From contig JALJEE010001028.1 of the NCBI GenBank assembly GCA_023231475.1, positions 1 through 45,703 of the forward strand: a stretch of 45,703 nt of DNA, read 5' to 3'. The stretch's first letter is position 1, and each line of letters starts with the position of its first letter. This DNA comes from Seison nebaliae (taxonomy: Eukaryota). Below are positions 1-12,336 of the stretch, piece after piece. The notes beneath the pieces are model-generated. The model worked only from the letters and a program-made list of their open reading frames with translations, was not told the DNA's origin and made no database searches. The translations under genes and the position numbers were made by a program.

Positions 1-23
1 CTCAATCATTTCTCTCTTATCAG

Positions 24-1552
24 TACAGAAGGTAAAAGAATCGGAAACTGTCAAAAATTTGATGATTGAAAATGGGAAAGAAATGAAGTTTAATTATTTT
101 CCATCAATTTAAAATTACTAATATTCCATTCAAGATATGATGTTGTCGAATTGGATGAATTGAAAAGACAAACGACGAAAAGAATGAAAAAATTCCAGAG
201 GAAAAAACCAGAAAATTTCTTAAATGGAGAAGAATTGTATCATGAAGTTCAATCGAAACATAATCAAATAATGAATTTACTTGTTATTTGAAGGAATCGG
301 AAACTAGTTTAGTATCATCGGGAGATGTTCAATTCTCATTCAATAGAAATGGCGATGGCGACAGTTTTTTTTCTTTTTCATTTCTAATATTCGCTAAAAT
401 TTTCCAATGAAAAAGAAAGTTTCAAAGTTATTGGAGATGATCCTTATTCGATGGAACAAGTTCAACAAATTGCCGACGAGGATCATGTTGAGAAATGGCC
501 AACAAATTTCTTCCCCCAATTCAAAATGTTAACTTGGCGTTCATTAATTCAATACAGAAAAGAATTATTGGATAAGTTTAGAAAAAAATTAGAGATTTTA
601 CTTTTAAAACTTTTCTCAGATACGCAATTGGACAGACAGTCGCTTTATTAATTATGACGAGTATTATTTGGTTTCGAATGAAATTTAATGAAGAACGATT
701 TGAAGATCGTAATTCTTTCATCTTCTTCTTCACCAATTATTATTCGTTTGTTCCAGTATTTGAAATTTTAATGCCTTGTTAGTTCAATTTATATTTTGAA
801 CAATTTCTAAATTTTTCCTTAAAAATTTTTTTCAACAATTTTCACAATTTTTTCCCGAAACATTTTTATGAACATTTTTTAAATTTTATTTATTCAAATT
901 TTTTTTTTCAGTTCCATCAGAAAAAACTATAATTAATCGAGAGAGGAGTGGTGGATATTATCGTTTATCCGCATATTATCTTTCAAAAATTGCATCGAAT
1001 ACTCCAATTCAACTACTTCTACCAACATTCTATCTCTTCATTACTTATTGGACAACAAATCTGATGCCTGAAACATCAGCTTTCTTCTTATCATATCTCA
1101 CTTTTGTTATCGGAATTATTCACGTACAAAGTTATGGTATATGTCTAGCTATCTACTTTAATAATCTGAAGTTGTCGGCTCTTTTCGCTACTATCTTCAT
1201 TCTCACATCGATGGTACTTGCAGGATTTTATGTTCAACAATTTCCCCAATGGTTGGAATGGGCGAAATATGTGTCTTTTATGTTCTATCTCTATTCAACA
1301 CAACTCTATTCTCAATATGCAATGTCGAACCATCAATTCGAATGTCTCGATCTCAACGAAACTAGTTGGAGTACATGTCAATCAAATAATCTGAATAGAA
1401 CGGTGAAAGCGAACATTATTTTTGAAAATAACATTACATTAAATCCTCTCCATCCTTCAATCAGTTTACTCATTATTATGATTGGCACGGTCGTTATGTT
1501 TTCATTCGGTTATTTCATTTTAAGGAAATTAAGAAAACCAAAATTTGATTAA
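24..1552 (+). CDS. ABCG-family half transporter, 3' portion (linker plus transmembrane domain); 5' end lies outside the window
   Basis: Introns at 88-134, 247-293, 364-415, 576-619 and 778-911 join an open frame containing KWPTNFFPQFKMLTWRSL, NRERSGGYYRLSAYYLSK and LAGFYVQQFPQWLEWAKYVSFMFY, typical of ABCG/white-type TMDs. Stop at 1552. Confidence 0.9.
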
Positions 1553-1645
1553 ACTTTTATTGAAATTTCTAATAATTAAGAAACGTTCGTCTTTTATTCA
1601 TTTTACTGTTAATTGTTCATGAATAAAGTTCTGATGTTAAACCAT

Positions 1646-2543
1646 TTAACAATCGACTTCTGGTATTGGATCTTCTTTTTTTGCCGAAGTATTTCTCGCC
1701 TTCATCGAAGAGATTCGCTGTTGAATTATACTCTGTTGTTGTTGTTTCTCCAATAATTTACTTAAATTTATTATAATAATTAATTTGATTATTATTCAAA
1801 TGAAATGATGATTATTAACCTTTCTTGATCTTGTTGTGCATTATTGAGCACTTCTTTCGCACGTCCTTCCAAATCCTGTTCCTGTTTCTTTTGTTCCATT
1901 AATCTCTTCAATTTCTCTTGTTGTTGTATTTGTACGTGGTTCATTCGTTGATTTACACCAGTTATTTTTTGAGTCACTTTCTCTTCATCCTAGGAAATCT
2001 ATAAAAAAACAATAAAAAAAATCAAAATTTAACATCATTTCCCATATCTCGATTATCTTTCATTGCGTCAGCTTTACGACGACGATCACGTTTCAATAGA
2101 TATTTCTTAACTGCATCTTTCTCTCCATTGAACAATTCTTTCTTTTCTTTCTTTCCGAAAGCGTAAGGGTCCATATCTTCCTCGAAATCATTATCTTCCA
2201 AATCATCATCTCGATATTCGCGAATATCTTCCTTGATCTCCTCAGCCGTATTCAACAAGTCTCGACGACTTTCTTGTAAAGCCTCGATCATTTTCTTACT
2301 CTCCTCCCGATACAACTCATCGAGAGTGTGAAGAACTAATTCCTGAAAATCCATTTTATGAAAATGAAATAATTTTTCTGCTAAGAACTAAAAGTAATTA
2401 ACCTGCATTTCCTTGTTGAAAACGGAATTATTCAATTCGTCAATTTCGACATCTGCCGTTGCTTTCTCTACATCGAAATCATCAATCCCATTGTTCTTTC
2501 GAGAAAGGATGCTGGTTGCTGTTGTTATACGTTTGGAAGTCAT
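1646..2543 (-). CDS. Uncharacterised charged coiled-coil protein, 4 exons; possibly ciliary
   Basis: ATG at 2543 (MTSKRITTATS). Three GTT..AG introns link ORFs 2022-2354 and 1792-1977 and a last exon ending KEDPIPEVDC-stop. No family recognised. Confidence 0.7.
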
Positions 2544-2700
2544 CGTTTCCACACACCACTTCAACAATCGATTAGCAAGTAGTTAAAGGAGTTTTATTAT
2601 AAAACTTTTGAAAAGAAGTGGACTCAAGGAAATTGAAAATAAGAAAAAAATCGATAATCCTTCATATCTATAAATCAATAAGAGGAAAATCGATAAAATC

Positions 2701-2714
2701 CTTGTTATGACAAC
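2701..2714 (-). promoter_or_regulatory. RFX X-box-like site
   Basis: Minus strand reads GTTGTCATAACAAG, ~160 bp upstream of the ATG at 2543 and nearly identical to the site at 15387. Confidence 0.4.
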
Positions 2715-2860
2715 GAGAAGTCAGAAATAAACATATATTTATTCCAACTAATTTTCTTCTTTCTAATTCAAATTCAACTAACAATAATTTGTAAGAATAT
2801 ATGAACATTTCCGGAAATTTTTATTATGGGAAAATTTATAAAAGTGAAAATTAAAAAAAT

Positions 2861-5142
2861 TTATTCATCTTCGTCGCCTGCCACTTGTTCAGATTTCATT
2901 TGTTTTTTCAATTCGGCAATTTCTTCCTCGTCATCTGTCACTTCGATATCGTCGTCGTCTTCGTCGTCATTGAGAAGATCTTCGTCTTCTGGTAAATTTG
3001 AGAAATCGTCATCGACAAGTTCTCCAAAAATATTTTTTATTCGATTATCTTTTCTGTTTCGTTGCTGTTCTTCACTGTTGAGTTCGATATCAATATCAGA
3101 ATTTGTTCGATTACTTCCCTCACTTTCATGATGGATTTTCTTTTTCTTATTCTTCTTTTTGTTCTTCTTTCGATGTTTCTTTTTATGTTTCTTCACTTTC
3201 AGTTCTTCCTCTTCACTAATATCCAAATCAATTTCATCTTTTTTCTTCTCATCATCCTCCTCTTCTTCAGATAACGAACCGTTTTTCTCTTTTTCTTCTT
3301 CTAACAATTTCATCATATCATTTTTATCATTATCATGATCATCATCGTCTGATTCAAGTTTTTCATCATCAGAAATTATCTCATTCTCATCAATCGATAA
3401 AGCATCCGGTGATGGCATTCTAATCAATTTATTGATTAATTTATCTTTCTCATTCCGATAGAAATCTTCGTCGTCAAAATCATCATCTTCCTCTTCTTCG
3501 TCGTCATCGTTATATATTGTGTTGTCGATTGTGTTGAGGATTTGTTCAGCTTTCGTTCGATTTGCTTCTCGTTCCTCATTCTTCATTCCTCGAATAGATA
3601 CATTGATATCGATATTATTTACTTTCTCCTCATTCTCTTTCAAATGAGTTAATCGAACACTGAAATGAAAATTTTAAGAAAAAAATTTTTAAGTATTTTT
3701 AAAAAAAAATTATAGAAAAAATAAATCGAACCGTTTCGTCATAAAATTGTAATAAATTGCGTCTTTTTTCTCACAAAGAAATACATCGTTCGATGTTTCC
3801 TGAGAAACATCAGCATATTGTTTATGGAATTCGTAAACGTATTTTTCATTTCGATTCTCTTCGATAATATGTGCCGTTCTATCATCGATTTTTTTCAGAT
3901 GTTCATCGATTAATTCATAATAATTTTCTTCGAAAATTTTAAGTTATTTTAATAAAAATTTTAAATAAAAAACTTTTCTCTTCACTTTCCTCCATTTTCG
4001 AAAAACGTTCTTTCATCTGGAATAATTCGTCATTTAAATGAACAATCTCTTTCTCCCGTTCAATCATTCGATTGATGGAATCGTTTGTGGGAACCATAAA
4101 AATTATCATCGGTTTCTTATCTACAGTTACACTACTAATCATAGCACGAGATAATCGTTCTTTTGTTCGAGTATTTCCACCATCTCTTGATAAGATTGGT
4201 TCATCATCAAAAACGATATGAACGAAATTATGTTGCCATAGCTGTGAAAAAAAAAGTAGAAATGAATAAAAAATAAAAATAAATAAAAGAACATTAAAAT
4301 CAGGAAAGATTGATTTGACTTCAACGGGATGAACATCTTTTTTTGATGGATGAGAAAATTCCTTAAATAAAATTTCTTTTATTTTTAATTTATAATGGAA
4401 ATTAATGAAAACTTCTTTTTCTGCTTCTTCAAATGTCTTATCGATTGCAATTCGTTGTTCATTCGCATCACGTAATCGATTGAGTTCTTTAAGAATTTCT
4501 TTCCTTTTCGTTTGGAGACTCTTCGGAATTATCTTCTTCGTATTACTCGGATTTGGCTCATGACAATTCTTCCCAATGTAATCCGGTTTCGTCAACCATG
4601 AATAAGTATTGGGACGTCTGGAAATTTTGTGAATTTATAAATATAAAATCAATTTCAACTTCTTTTCATTTGTTGTATCGTCAGTCAATAAAGCCACATC
4701 TTTTTCATCTAATTTCAGATCGGTCTTATATCGATAAGAATGATTGTACACCAATTCAATTGGTAATCCGATTGATGATTCCAAATGAAAATCGAATGGT
4801 CTTTTCTTTTCTATTTCTGTTAATCCATCACGTTTCGCATATCTTAACAAATTTCGGAAAAAAATTAAATTGAAAAATTAGTGAAAACATTTCATTTCAT
4901 TCTCGAACAAGAATTTATAACAAGAAAAATTTTTAAAAAAAAGTTAAAGTAAAACTTTTGTGGATCAGATAACAAAGAAATAAATTTCAGATCTGATGGT
5001 AATTGTGGTAAGGTGTTATTGTACCGAACTTTGTATAAGAATTCTTCATTTCTAAAAAAGAATTAGAAAGTTCATAAAAAAGGGAAAAAATGTTTAAAAA
5101 AAACTTAAAATCTGTTTTCTTCAAATTGTTGTTGGGGAACAT
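2861..5142 (-). CDS. PAF1: RNA polymerase II-associated factor 1 homolog, 8 exons
   Basis: Spliced N-terminus YKVRYNNTLPQLPSDLKFI...IGLPIELV...WLTKPDYI and HPSKKDVHPVEVKSIFPDF match Paf1 motifs; acidic C-terminal tail; 7 GTT..AG introns. Confidence 0.9.
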
Positions 5143-5224
5143 TGAAGATGAGAGAGAAAGAGGAATTTTAAATGAGACAATTCTAATATAGAAGACGAAG
5201 AAAAGAAATAAAAAGAAATTTTAA

Positions 5225-5866
5225 TTAAACTTTCCACTTTATAATGGAAACACAAGAATCACTCAATTCATCGTCCATAACATCAAAATCATCAGTTTGA
5301 TTTCTTATAATCCACCATCGATTGAAGAAACCTATATCCACCACATATCGATGCCATTCACTCCATTTCATTATGACAGCATTGTCATTCTTCCGTTTCT
5401 CATGATCAGTATTAAAGAAATCAAACCAGATACAGGAAAAGAATCCGAATGAAGTTATTTTCAATCGATTCTCATTCCTTAATTTGGAGAGACGTTCCAC
5501 ATAATTAAATTTACTTTCACTTCGAATAAATTGAGAAACATAAAGAAATTTCTCTTTCTCTTCCAATAATTCCAAATCATATTTCTTCATTGATGGATTC
5601 GTATTCCATAAAACGACGGAAGTGATCAACGAGGAAGAATAAAGAAATGTTTTGATAGGAGAACTTTTACCTATCTGTATCAGATCTCTTCCTGCATCCA
5701 AATAATCGAGATACATCAATCGGAAATATTCTTTCGTTCTTTTCATTAAACGATTCCATAATTTTTCCTTTACTTCTCCATTATTCTTCCCCACATTCAA
5801 TTTACTCGATCTCCTCCATTTATCGATACTGGAGAGTTGTTTCAACCAAACTCGACCCGAAGACAT
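5225..5866 (-). CDS. TIMM29: Mitochondrial import inner membrane translocase subunit Tim29 (intronless)
   Basis: DY..AGRD, TM segment followed by NP, IRS, L+..GFFS.IW and VVDIGFFNRWW...DFDV motifs characteristic of Tim29. Confidence 0.88.
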   Translation of the reverse strand: MSSGRVWLKQLSSIDKWRRSSKLNVGKNNGEVKEKLWNRLMKRTKEYFRLMYLDYLDAGRDLIQIGKSSPIKTFLYSSSLITSVVLWNTNPSMKKYDLELLEEKEKFLYVSQFIRSESKFNYVERLSKLRNENRLKITSFGFFSCIWFDFFNTDHEKRKNDNAVIMKWSEWHRYVVDIGFFNRWWIIRNQTDDFDVMDDELSDSCVSIIKWKV

Positions 5867-6083
5867 TATAAATAAATATTTCTAGAATAAAGCTTAAAAT
5901 TTAAGTTTTTCAAAATTAAAAAAATTTTAATTTCTTAAAATTGAAAGAATTTGAATTTTTCTTAACATGATTTTTTTATAAAAGAAATTGTTGTACGTCC
6001 ATCATAATTGAATGTAAATCGTATTAGAATTATGATAATATTATAAATATGAAAATATAATTAAAAATTATTATGACTTTAAT

Positions 6084-6476
6084 TTAATCAGAATCACTGT
6101 CTAATTGAACTCGTCGACGATCAAAATTGACTTTAGGTCGATTCTCTGGCATTTGTTGGTTGATTGAATTAAGGATCTGTTTGAATTCGTCATCTGATAT
6201 CTTTTCCCCACCGCCATACATTCGACCTCTTTGAATGAGAATTTTTTCGATTCGAATTCCTTTTTCCGGTTTGGCAACCATAATCGTGTTCAATCTTGCA
6301 CGAGCTTCCTGTGAGAGCATTGCAGAGAGGATGTTATTCTTCATTTCATTGTATCTCTGTTGTTGTTTTTGCTCTTGAGCTATTTGTTCCTCGGTTAGCC
6401 CTTGTGGATCGGTTGCCATATTCGATGAATTCTGCAATTCTTCTAAACGTTTTTGTTTCAATTTTTCAAAATTCAT
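6084..6476 (-). CDS. PDCD5: Programmed cell death protein 5 (intronless)
   Basis: EMKNNILSAMLSQEARARLNTI..AKPEK and C-terminal VNFDRRRV.LDSD. Confidence 0.95.
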   Translation of the reverse strand: MNFEKLKQKRLEELQNSSNMATDPQGLTEEQIAQEQKQQQRYNEMKNNILSAMLSQEARARLNTIMVAKPEKGIRIEKILIQRGRMYGGGEKISDDEFKQILNSINQQMPENRPKVNFDRRRVQLDSDSD

Positions 6477-6786
6477 TTTGATAATTTTCTTTTATTATTA
6501 TTTTTCATAGAAGCTTAAATCTTATACTCCATCTAATTCCATACCGATTAAGAATAGCATCATAAACTGTTTTCAATCAAATAATGTGGAAAAGTAAAAT
6601 AAAAAAATTTTCAAAAATTAATTTTAAGGAGAATTTGAATAAATTTTATTTGAGGAAATTAAAATTTACAGGAAATATCATTAATGGTACAACTCCATAA
6701 TATTCTTCATAAAACTATTTCTCTCGTTTTCTAAATATGAAATGATGAACATCCTCTCAATGTTCCGTTATTTGAAAGGAAGATAA

Positions 6787-9700
6787 TTAAAATACTTGAC
6801 GATTGTCTGTATAATTGTTGCCATGGTAATTATGTCGTTCATGACTGACAATATGATGGTTTGGTTGTGGTGGTGGTGGTGTGCGTATATGATGTTGATG
6901 TGATGGTATTTGTGACATAATATTTTGATGCATAATATGATCAGAATTATCGATTGGTTGACCATAAGAAACATTATGATGATAATCGCCATCAGATTGA
7001 TCATATTGTGAATGTTCGTTATAATTATTCTCCTCATAATTATTTTCCGATATTTGTTCTAAATAAAATAATTAATAATTTAAATGAAATTAAATTAATA
7101 TTAACCTAATTGATCTTTCACTACCGTTTCATAAGAATCAGTGAGAGTTTTATGGAGACAGAAAAAGGGAAGATATCCCATTGCCAACATGTCCTGGAAA
7201 GTGCCATGAGCATGATTGTGTAATGAATTAGAAAGATTACTGAGACCATCCAAAGCGGAACGTGTTTGAGATTGGTTCAATTTCTCTTTTTCACTATCAT
7301 CATCTAAATCTCTGCCAGCTTTGATAAATCGAGCGATAACCATATCCCATGCTATCATAATAAACGATATTAATGAATAAAAAAATTGAAATGAAAAAAA
7401 CTTTTTAATTTTGCATATTGTGAATCGAGACAATTAGCTCCATGAAATGTGGAAGCTAAATCTTTTAGGACACTCTCATCCACGATCGGCATCTCGTTAA
7501 CACATTCCATATTTTTGAGACGAGTACGATAAACTAAAACTTTCGAATGAATCGCTGTAATTATAGCGAGATAATTCTCAGGACTCAAAAAAGTATCTCG
7601 TACGAGAAATATATTGTCGAAGAAATCAGAGAACTCTTCACTCGTCAAATGTTCGGGACGTTCCTCCAATTCATTATTTCTCTTCACTTCCTCATCATCA
7701 TCTTCATTATCTTTCAATCCATCTTTCAATCGATAATCATTAATATCATGATTCACTTGGAATGGTGGTGTGACATGATCGCTTCGTCGGAAGACACGAG
7801 ATTGGATGACGGATTCCACTGTCAATTCTGATTGGCAATAATCAGGAGTTAAAATTCCACATCTAACACTCTTCACATTATCAAGGAAAGATGCAAGTTC
7901 ATAATCATCAGTGAAATAACTAATATCTTCGTCATCAGAATCAGATTGAGAATCAGAATTATCTTCATCGTCTTCTTCCTCTTCTTCATAATCGTATTCA
8001 TCATCATCATATTCTTCTGATAATAATTCATTATCATTATCATCTTCTTCAAATTCCTCATCTATTTTTTCTTCCATTTCAATTTTTGAATGATCTTCAA
8101 TGTCATCACTTTCAATTTCTTCTCTAAAATTATTTCTTTTATTTTCAACTTCTTTTCTAAAATCATTTCTTTTATCTTCAACTCCTGTCCTCTCATCATC
8201 TCCTTCAATTCCAACATCAACTTCATTATCTTCTTCTTCCTCTTCAAATTCTTCTTCGTCTGAAGAAAATTCTTCATCTTCCTCCTCGTTATCATAACCA
8301 TCGGAATCATCTTCCTGACTATTATCTCCAATTTCACTTTCATCCTCACTTTCATCTTCACTATTTAATTCAACATTATCCGACTCATCTCCATCTTCTA
8401 TCGACACTTCTTTCTCGACAATATTTCCAATTTCCATTTTGTCTTTTTTTCCTTCGTCAATTTCAATTTTGTCTTTTTCATTTCCAATTTCAACAGTTTC
8501 TTCATTTTCAATTTCGACATTCTTTTCATTTTCAATTTCAACATTCTCTTCTTGATCATGTCCAATTTTGAGATTATCTTCTCCATCTTCAATTTCGATA
8601 TTTTTTTCCTCATCGTCTTCTGATTCATCATCATCATCATCACTATCACTATCCTCAATTTGAGAAGATTGAGTAATCCATGGCATATATTGGTCATTCA
8701 TTGTTGTCAACATGGAACGTAAAGTCAAAATATCAGTTCTTGTCAAAAAATTGAAATTTGTCGCTATCAATTTCCCCAATTCTACATTGTATGTCATTAA
8801 CGGTTTTTTAGCTGCTGATGTATTGCCAAATGAACACATTGCCAATAATTCATTAACTTTTTTCACTCTTCCCTCAATGTCAACCATATCCAAAGTGGCA
8901 TCATAATTCTCCTCCATTTTCTTCTCCTTTATCAATTTCGGTCCGATTAATACAGCAGTGTTGAGATATTGTTGTTCATTTCCCTCCTCATTCATTTCCA
9001 TTATTATATCATTTTGATGATCTGTTAAATCAGTTGTATCGTCCAGATTAATCATTTGACCATTTTTAAGTTGATTTAATGTGTTGGAAGGAATTTGGAT
9101 ATAATTCGAAAGTATTTCATGATTATCATCATCTTTCTCATCTTTCCCTTTTTCTTTCATTTGATGATTTCTCTCATTCATCATTGACATCTCACCCATC
9201 GATTCATTCACATAATGAGTTGGTGCCATTCCCAAATGAGGATTTGGTGATAAATCATAATGAATATGTTGTACTGTATATGGATATGGTTTGGGAGGTT
9301 GATGATGATCATTTGATACTCGAATTGGGAACATTTGTTCAAAATCATTTTTATTTACTTTCTTCTCTTCCGTTCTCCCAATTAATGAATCGAATGCATT
9401 TAATAATAATTCCTTATTAAAATTCATCGAATCTCGTACAATATAAATTTCTTCATTTATCTTTTTCGTTTCCTCACCATTTTCATCTTCATTTATTTCT
9501 TCCATTCTTTCTTTATTCACTACTTCTCCTGGTTCGATTTCAACAAATTTCGATTTTTTATTTCTCGTTGGACCAATTAATGAATCGGAAGTGATGATTC
9601 TTTTAGTCATTCTTCCTTTCAATTCTTCTTCATTCATTTCCATATCTTCTTCATTTATTTCCTCCGTTGGTTTCAATTCTTTTTCCATTAATCCTTTTTC

Positions 9701-12248
9701 TTTCAATAATCTTTCCAATATTCGCAATGATAAAAATTTCGTTTCTTCTCCTCCTTCTTCTTCCGATAATTCCTTTTTCATTTTCTCCTTCATTATCAGA
9801 GCATGTTCTGTGAATATATTAGAGATATGAAGTGAAGATGCGGCCGAACAATTTTGTAGAACATAATCCTTCACTTTCTCTTTAACCGTCTTCAATCGTC
9901 GATTATAAAAACGAGAATTTCTCGTTTGATCAAATTCAATTTTATTCACGTCATAGAAATTATTCAACATTCGATTATAATTCGTCAATACTTTCTTCTG
10001 ATCAGCTAATGCTTCTGGTGTTGTTGCCACCGAATTCATGAGAGGAGCCGAAAGGAAATCATGTTCCTGATTCTCATTAAATGCTTGAATCACATCTTCT
10101 AATTCTTTATAAGAATTCTCTCCCACACGGAAAATTGTAGAAGGATCTTTAAGAAATTCCTGAAAACTATTTAATTTTTCCGTTCGTTTCTCTTGAACTT
10201 CATCAATCTTCTCACCATTCTCTGATCCTTCATTCGATTTCTCTTCAATCTTCACATTTTTCTTCTTCTTCCGACCGAATTCAAGACCTTTCTCATAAAT
10301 GAATTGAATTTTTAATTTACTTAATTCCATTTCGATGGTTCTTAGAAGCATGAGCATTTTCTCATGTATCTCCACTTCCGGAAATCTTCCTTCGATAATT
10401 GCCATTTCAATGAAGACATAGAGCCAATTGAGTATCCAATCTCTTTGTTTGAATGACGCTTTGTGACCTTCGAGTTTGTCGTCAACAGATCTCAAGAAAA
10501 CTTGACGACAATAATTATCGATTGGTGAAGTGAAATCGTTAAAAAGACCATCCATTTCGGTGGTTGAATTAAGTAGATGAATTGATCGTTTAACTGTATC
10601 ACTGAAATTGGAGGCGATGTCACCTTCACAATATAATTGATCAATTTGTTTATCAAAATCTTGATAATTAAATTTCAACATATCAATCAATTGATTATCA
10701 GCCATAGAGATGATATGTTGTCGAACATGTTCATGAGATAAAAGAGTTGAAATTTGATTTTGTGTCGATTCCATTGGATGACTCATACTTAATTCGATGT
10801 CACTATATGGAAGGAAGATATCACTAATCGTATTGATACGATAGAATATAACATTCTCATTATTGTTGTTGTTGTTATTATTATTATTATTCATTGCAAC
10901 ATTTAAAGTTCCTTCATAATCACATTTGAGATGTGTTAAGAAATCTCTCGTTTGTTCATTGTTCATTAATCCTTTACTAATTTGTGCGGTAATAAATGGT
11001 AATTCACCATCCATCACAAATGGTAAAGAACCGACATAACTCATTTCCACTTCATTCATCGCTATTTGAATTATTCTCATGAGTATTGCATTAAAATCTT
11101 TCAATAATTGTTCGACAATTTCTTCTTCATTTTCTTTCGTCTTTCCATTAAATTGTAATCCTCTTTTATTATAGAAATCACTTGCTACTTCCAATAAATG
11201 TTTGATGACATATTTCACTAAATCTTTACTCATCCAATCGAATTGTAAACGATAATATATCGGTTCAGCTACAAACTCTTGTTTTTCATATGCTCCGTCA
11301 CGACCGATTCGTTGAATGGAACTAGATAGACATTGTGGCAATGCACGTCGACTCAATGAATTTCGAGCGACATTCAATCGTTTTTTATTCCCTTCCGTCA
11401 CACCTCTCATTTGATCAGCATATTCTTTCGCTCTCTCCGTAAAATGTTGTTGGACACTGGGAAATTCATTTAACGGTTTCAATTTTCGTATTTTCTTTAA
11501 TGCACGTAAAAATGCATGAGCTACTGCATCAATAGCAGTTGTGGCATCTGTTCCTCCAACATGTGCCACTGCTGTAACGGGCACCAATTGATTCATCATT
11601 GGGAAATGATCTGATGTATTCTCACAACCCGTACATTTACAATGTTCACTGCACAAAATTTTCGCTTCGAAACATTCACAATATCTTTTTTTACAATTCG
11701 ATTTCCTACAATTACAACCTTTCAAATGTTTATTTTCTCCACTCCTCTCCGAACCGCCAATTTTACTTCGAAAAGCAGAAGCATTCCGTTCCAAACATGC
11801 TCGAATTGCCATATTTCTCTCACCTTCATATCTGATATTATTTCGACAATTTTGACAATTACATTCATGACAGAATACTCCACTTTGAAAACATTCACAA
11901 TACAATTTCAAACATTGCGACTTGCTGCAATGACAACATTTTCGAGGAATTTTCGATTGATTTTCATCTGGTGGAACGGGAAGACTTCGTTCCACATTTC
12001 TGTGACTCGTAGATCGACGATCTATTTATTAAAATAATTAAAATTAAAATGAATTTAATTAAATGGAAACTGTGTGTGGAATAATTGGAGGTATAATCCT
12101 CGTTCTGATTAGGTGACAATAATCGAGTTTTTTGTCGTGTCACATAACCTGAACCTTCAGGTGGAGCATGACGTCCGTCGAATGAGTCGTCTGATGAGTC
12201 CGAATCATTCTCTCGATTCGGATACTTGATGTTACCATACTGAATCAT
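6787..12248 (-). CDS. LIN54: LIN54/tesmin-like CRC (tandem CXC) domain protein with a very long C-terminal extension, 4 exons, ~1750 aa
   Basis: CHCSKSQCLKLYCECF...RNASAF.SKI...GCNCRKSNCKKRYCECF, then the LIN54-type C-terminal helices (MSKDLV...EQLLKDFNAIL). Three GTT introns join ORFs 11964-12248, 7370-11995 and 7101-7433 to a His/Gln-rich last exon. LIN54 versus tesmin paralogy is unresolved. Confidence 0.8.
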
Positions 12249-12321
12249 ATTGGTGCCAGTGCCAATTTCAAATTTGAATCTTTGTCAAAACTATGAAAAT
12301 TTTTCTTCAACTAAAAATCTG

Positions 12322-12336
12322 AGCGCCAACTTTGAA
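12322..12336 (+). promoter_or_regulatory. CDE/E2F-CHR-like composite element
   Basis: AGCGC-CAAC-TTTGAA: a GC core, a 4-nt spacer and a CHR hexamer, ~75-90 bp upstream of the LIN54-like ATG. Confidence 0.45.

Noticed and set aside
7547..12037. Short ORFs overlapping or antisense to the LIN54-like gene (likewise those over PAF1, PDE10A, Rubicon and the SV2-like genes)
   Set aside because: These are shadow frames of low-complexity or biased codons with no recognisable protein features.
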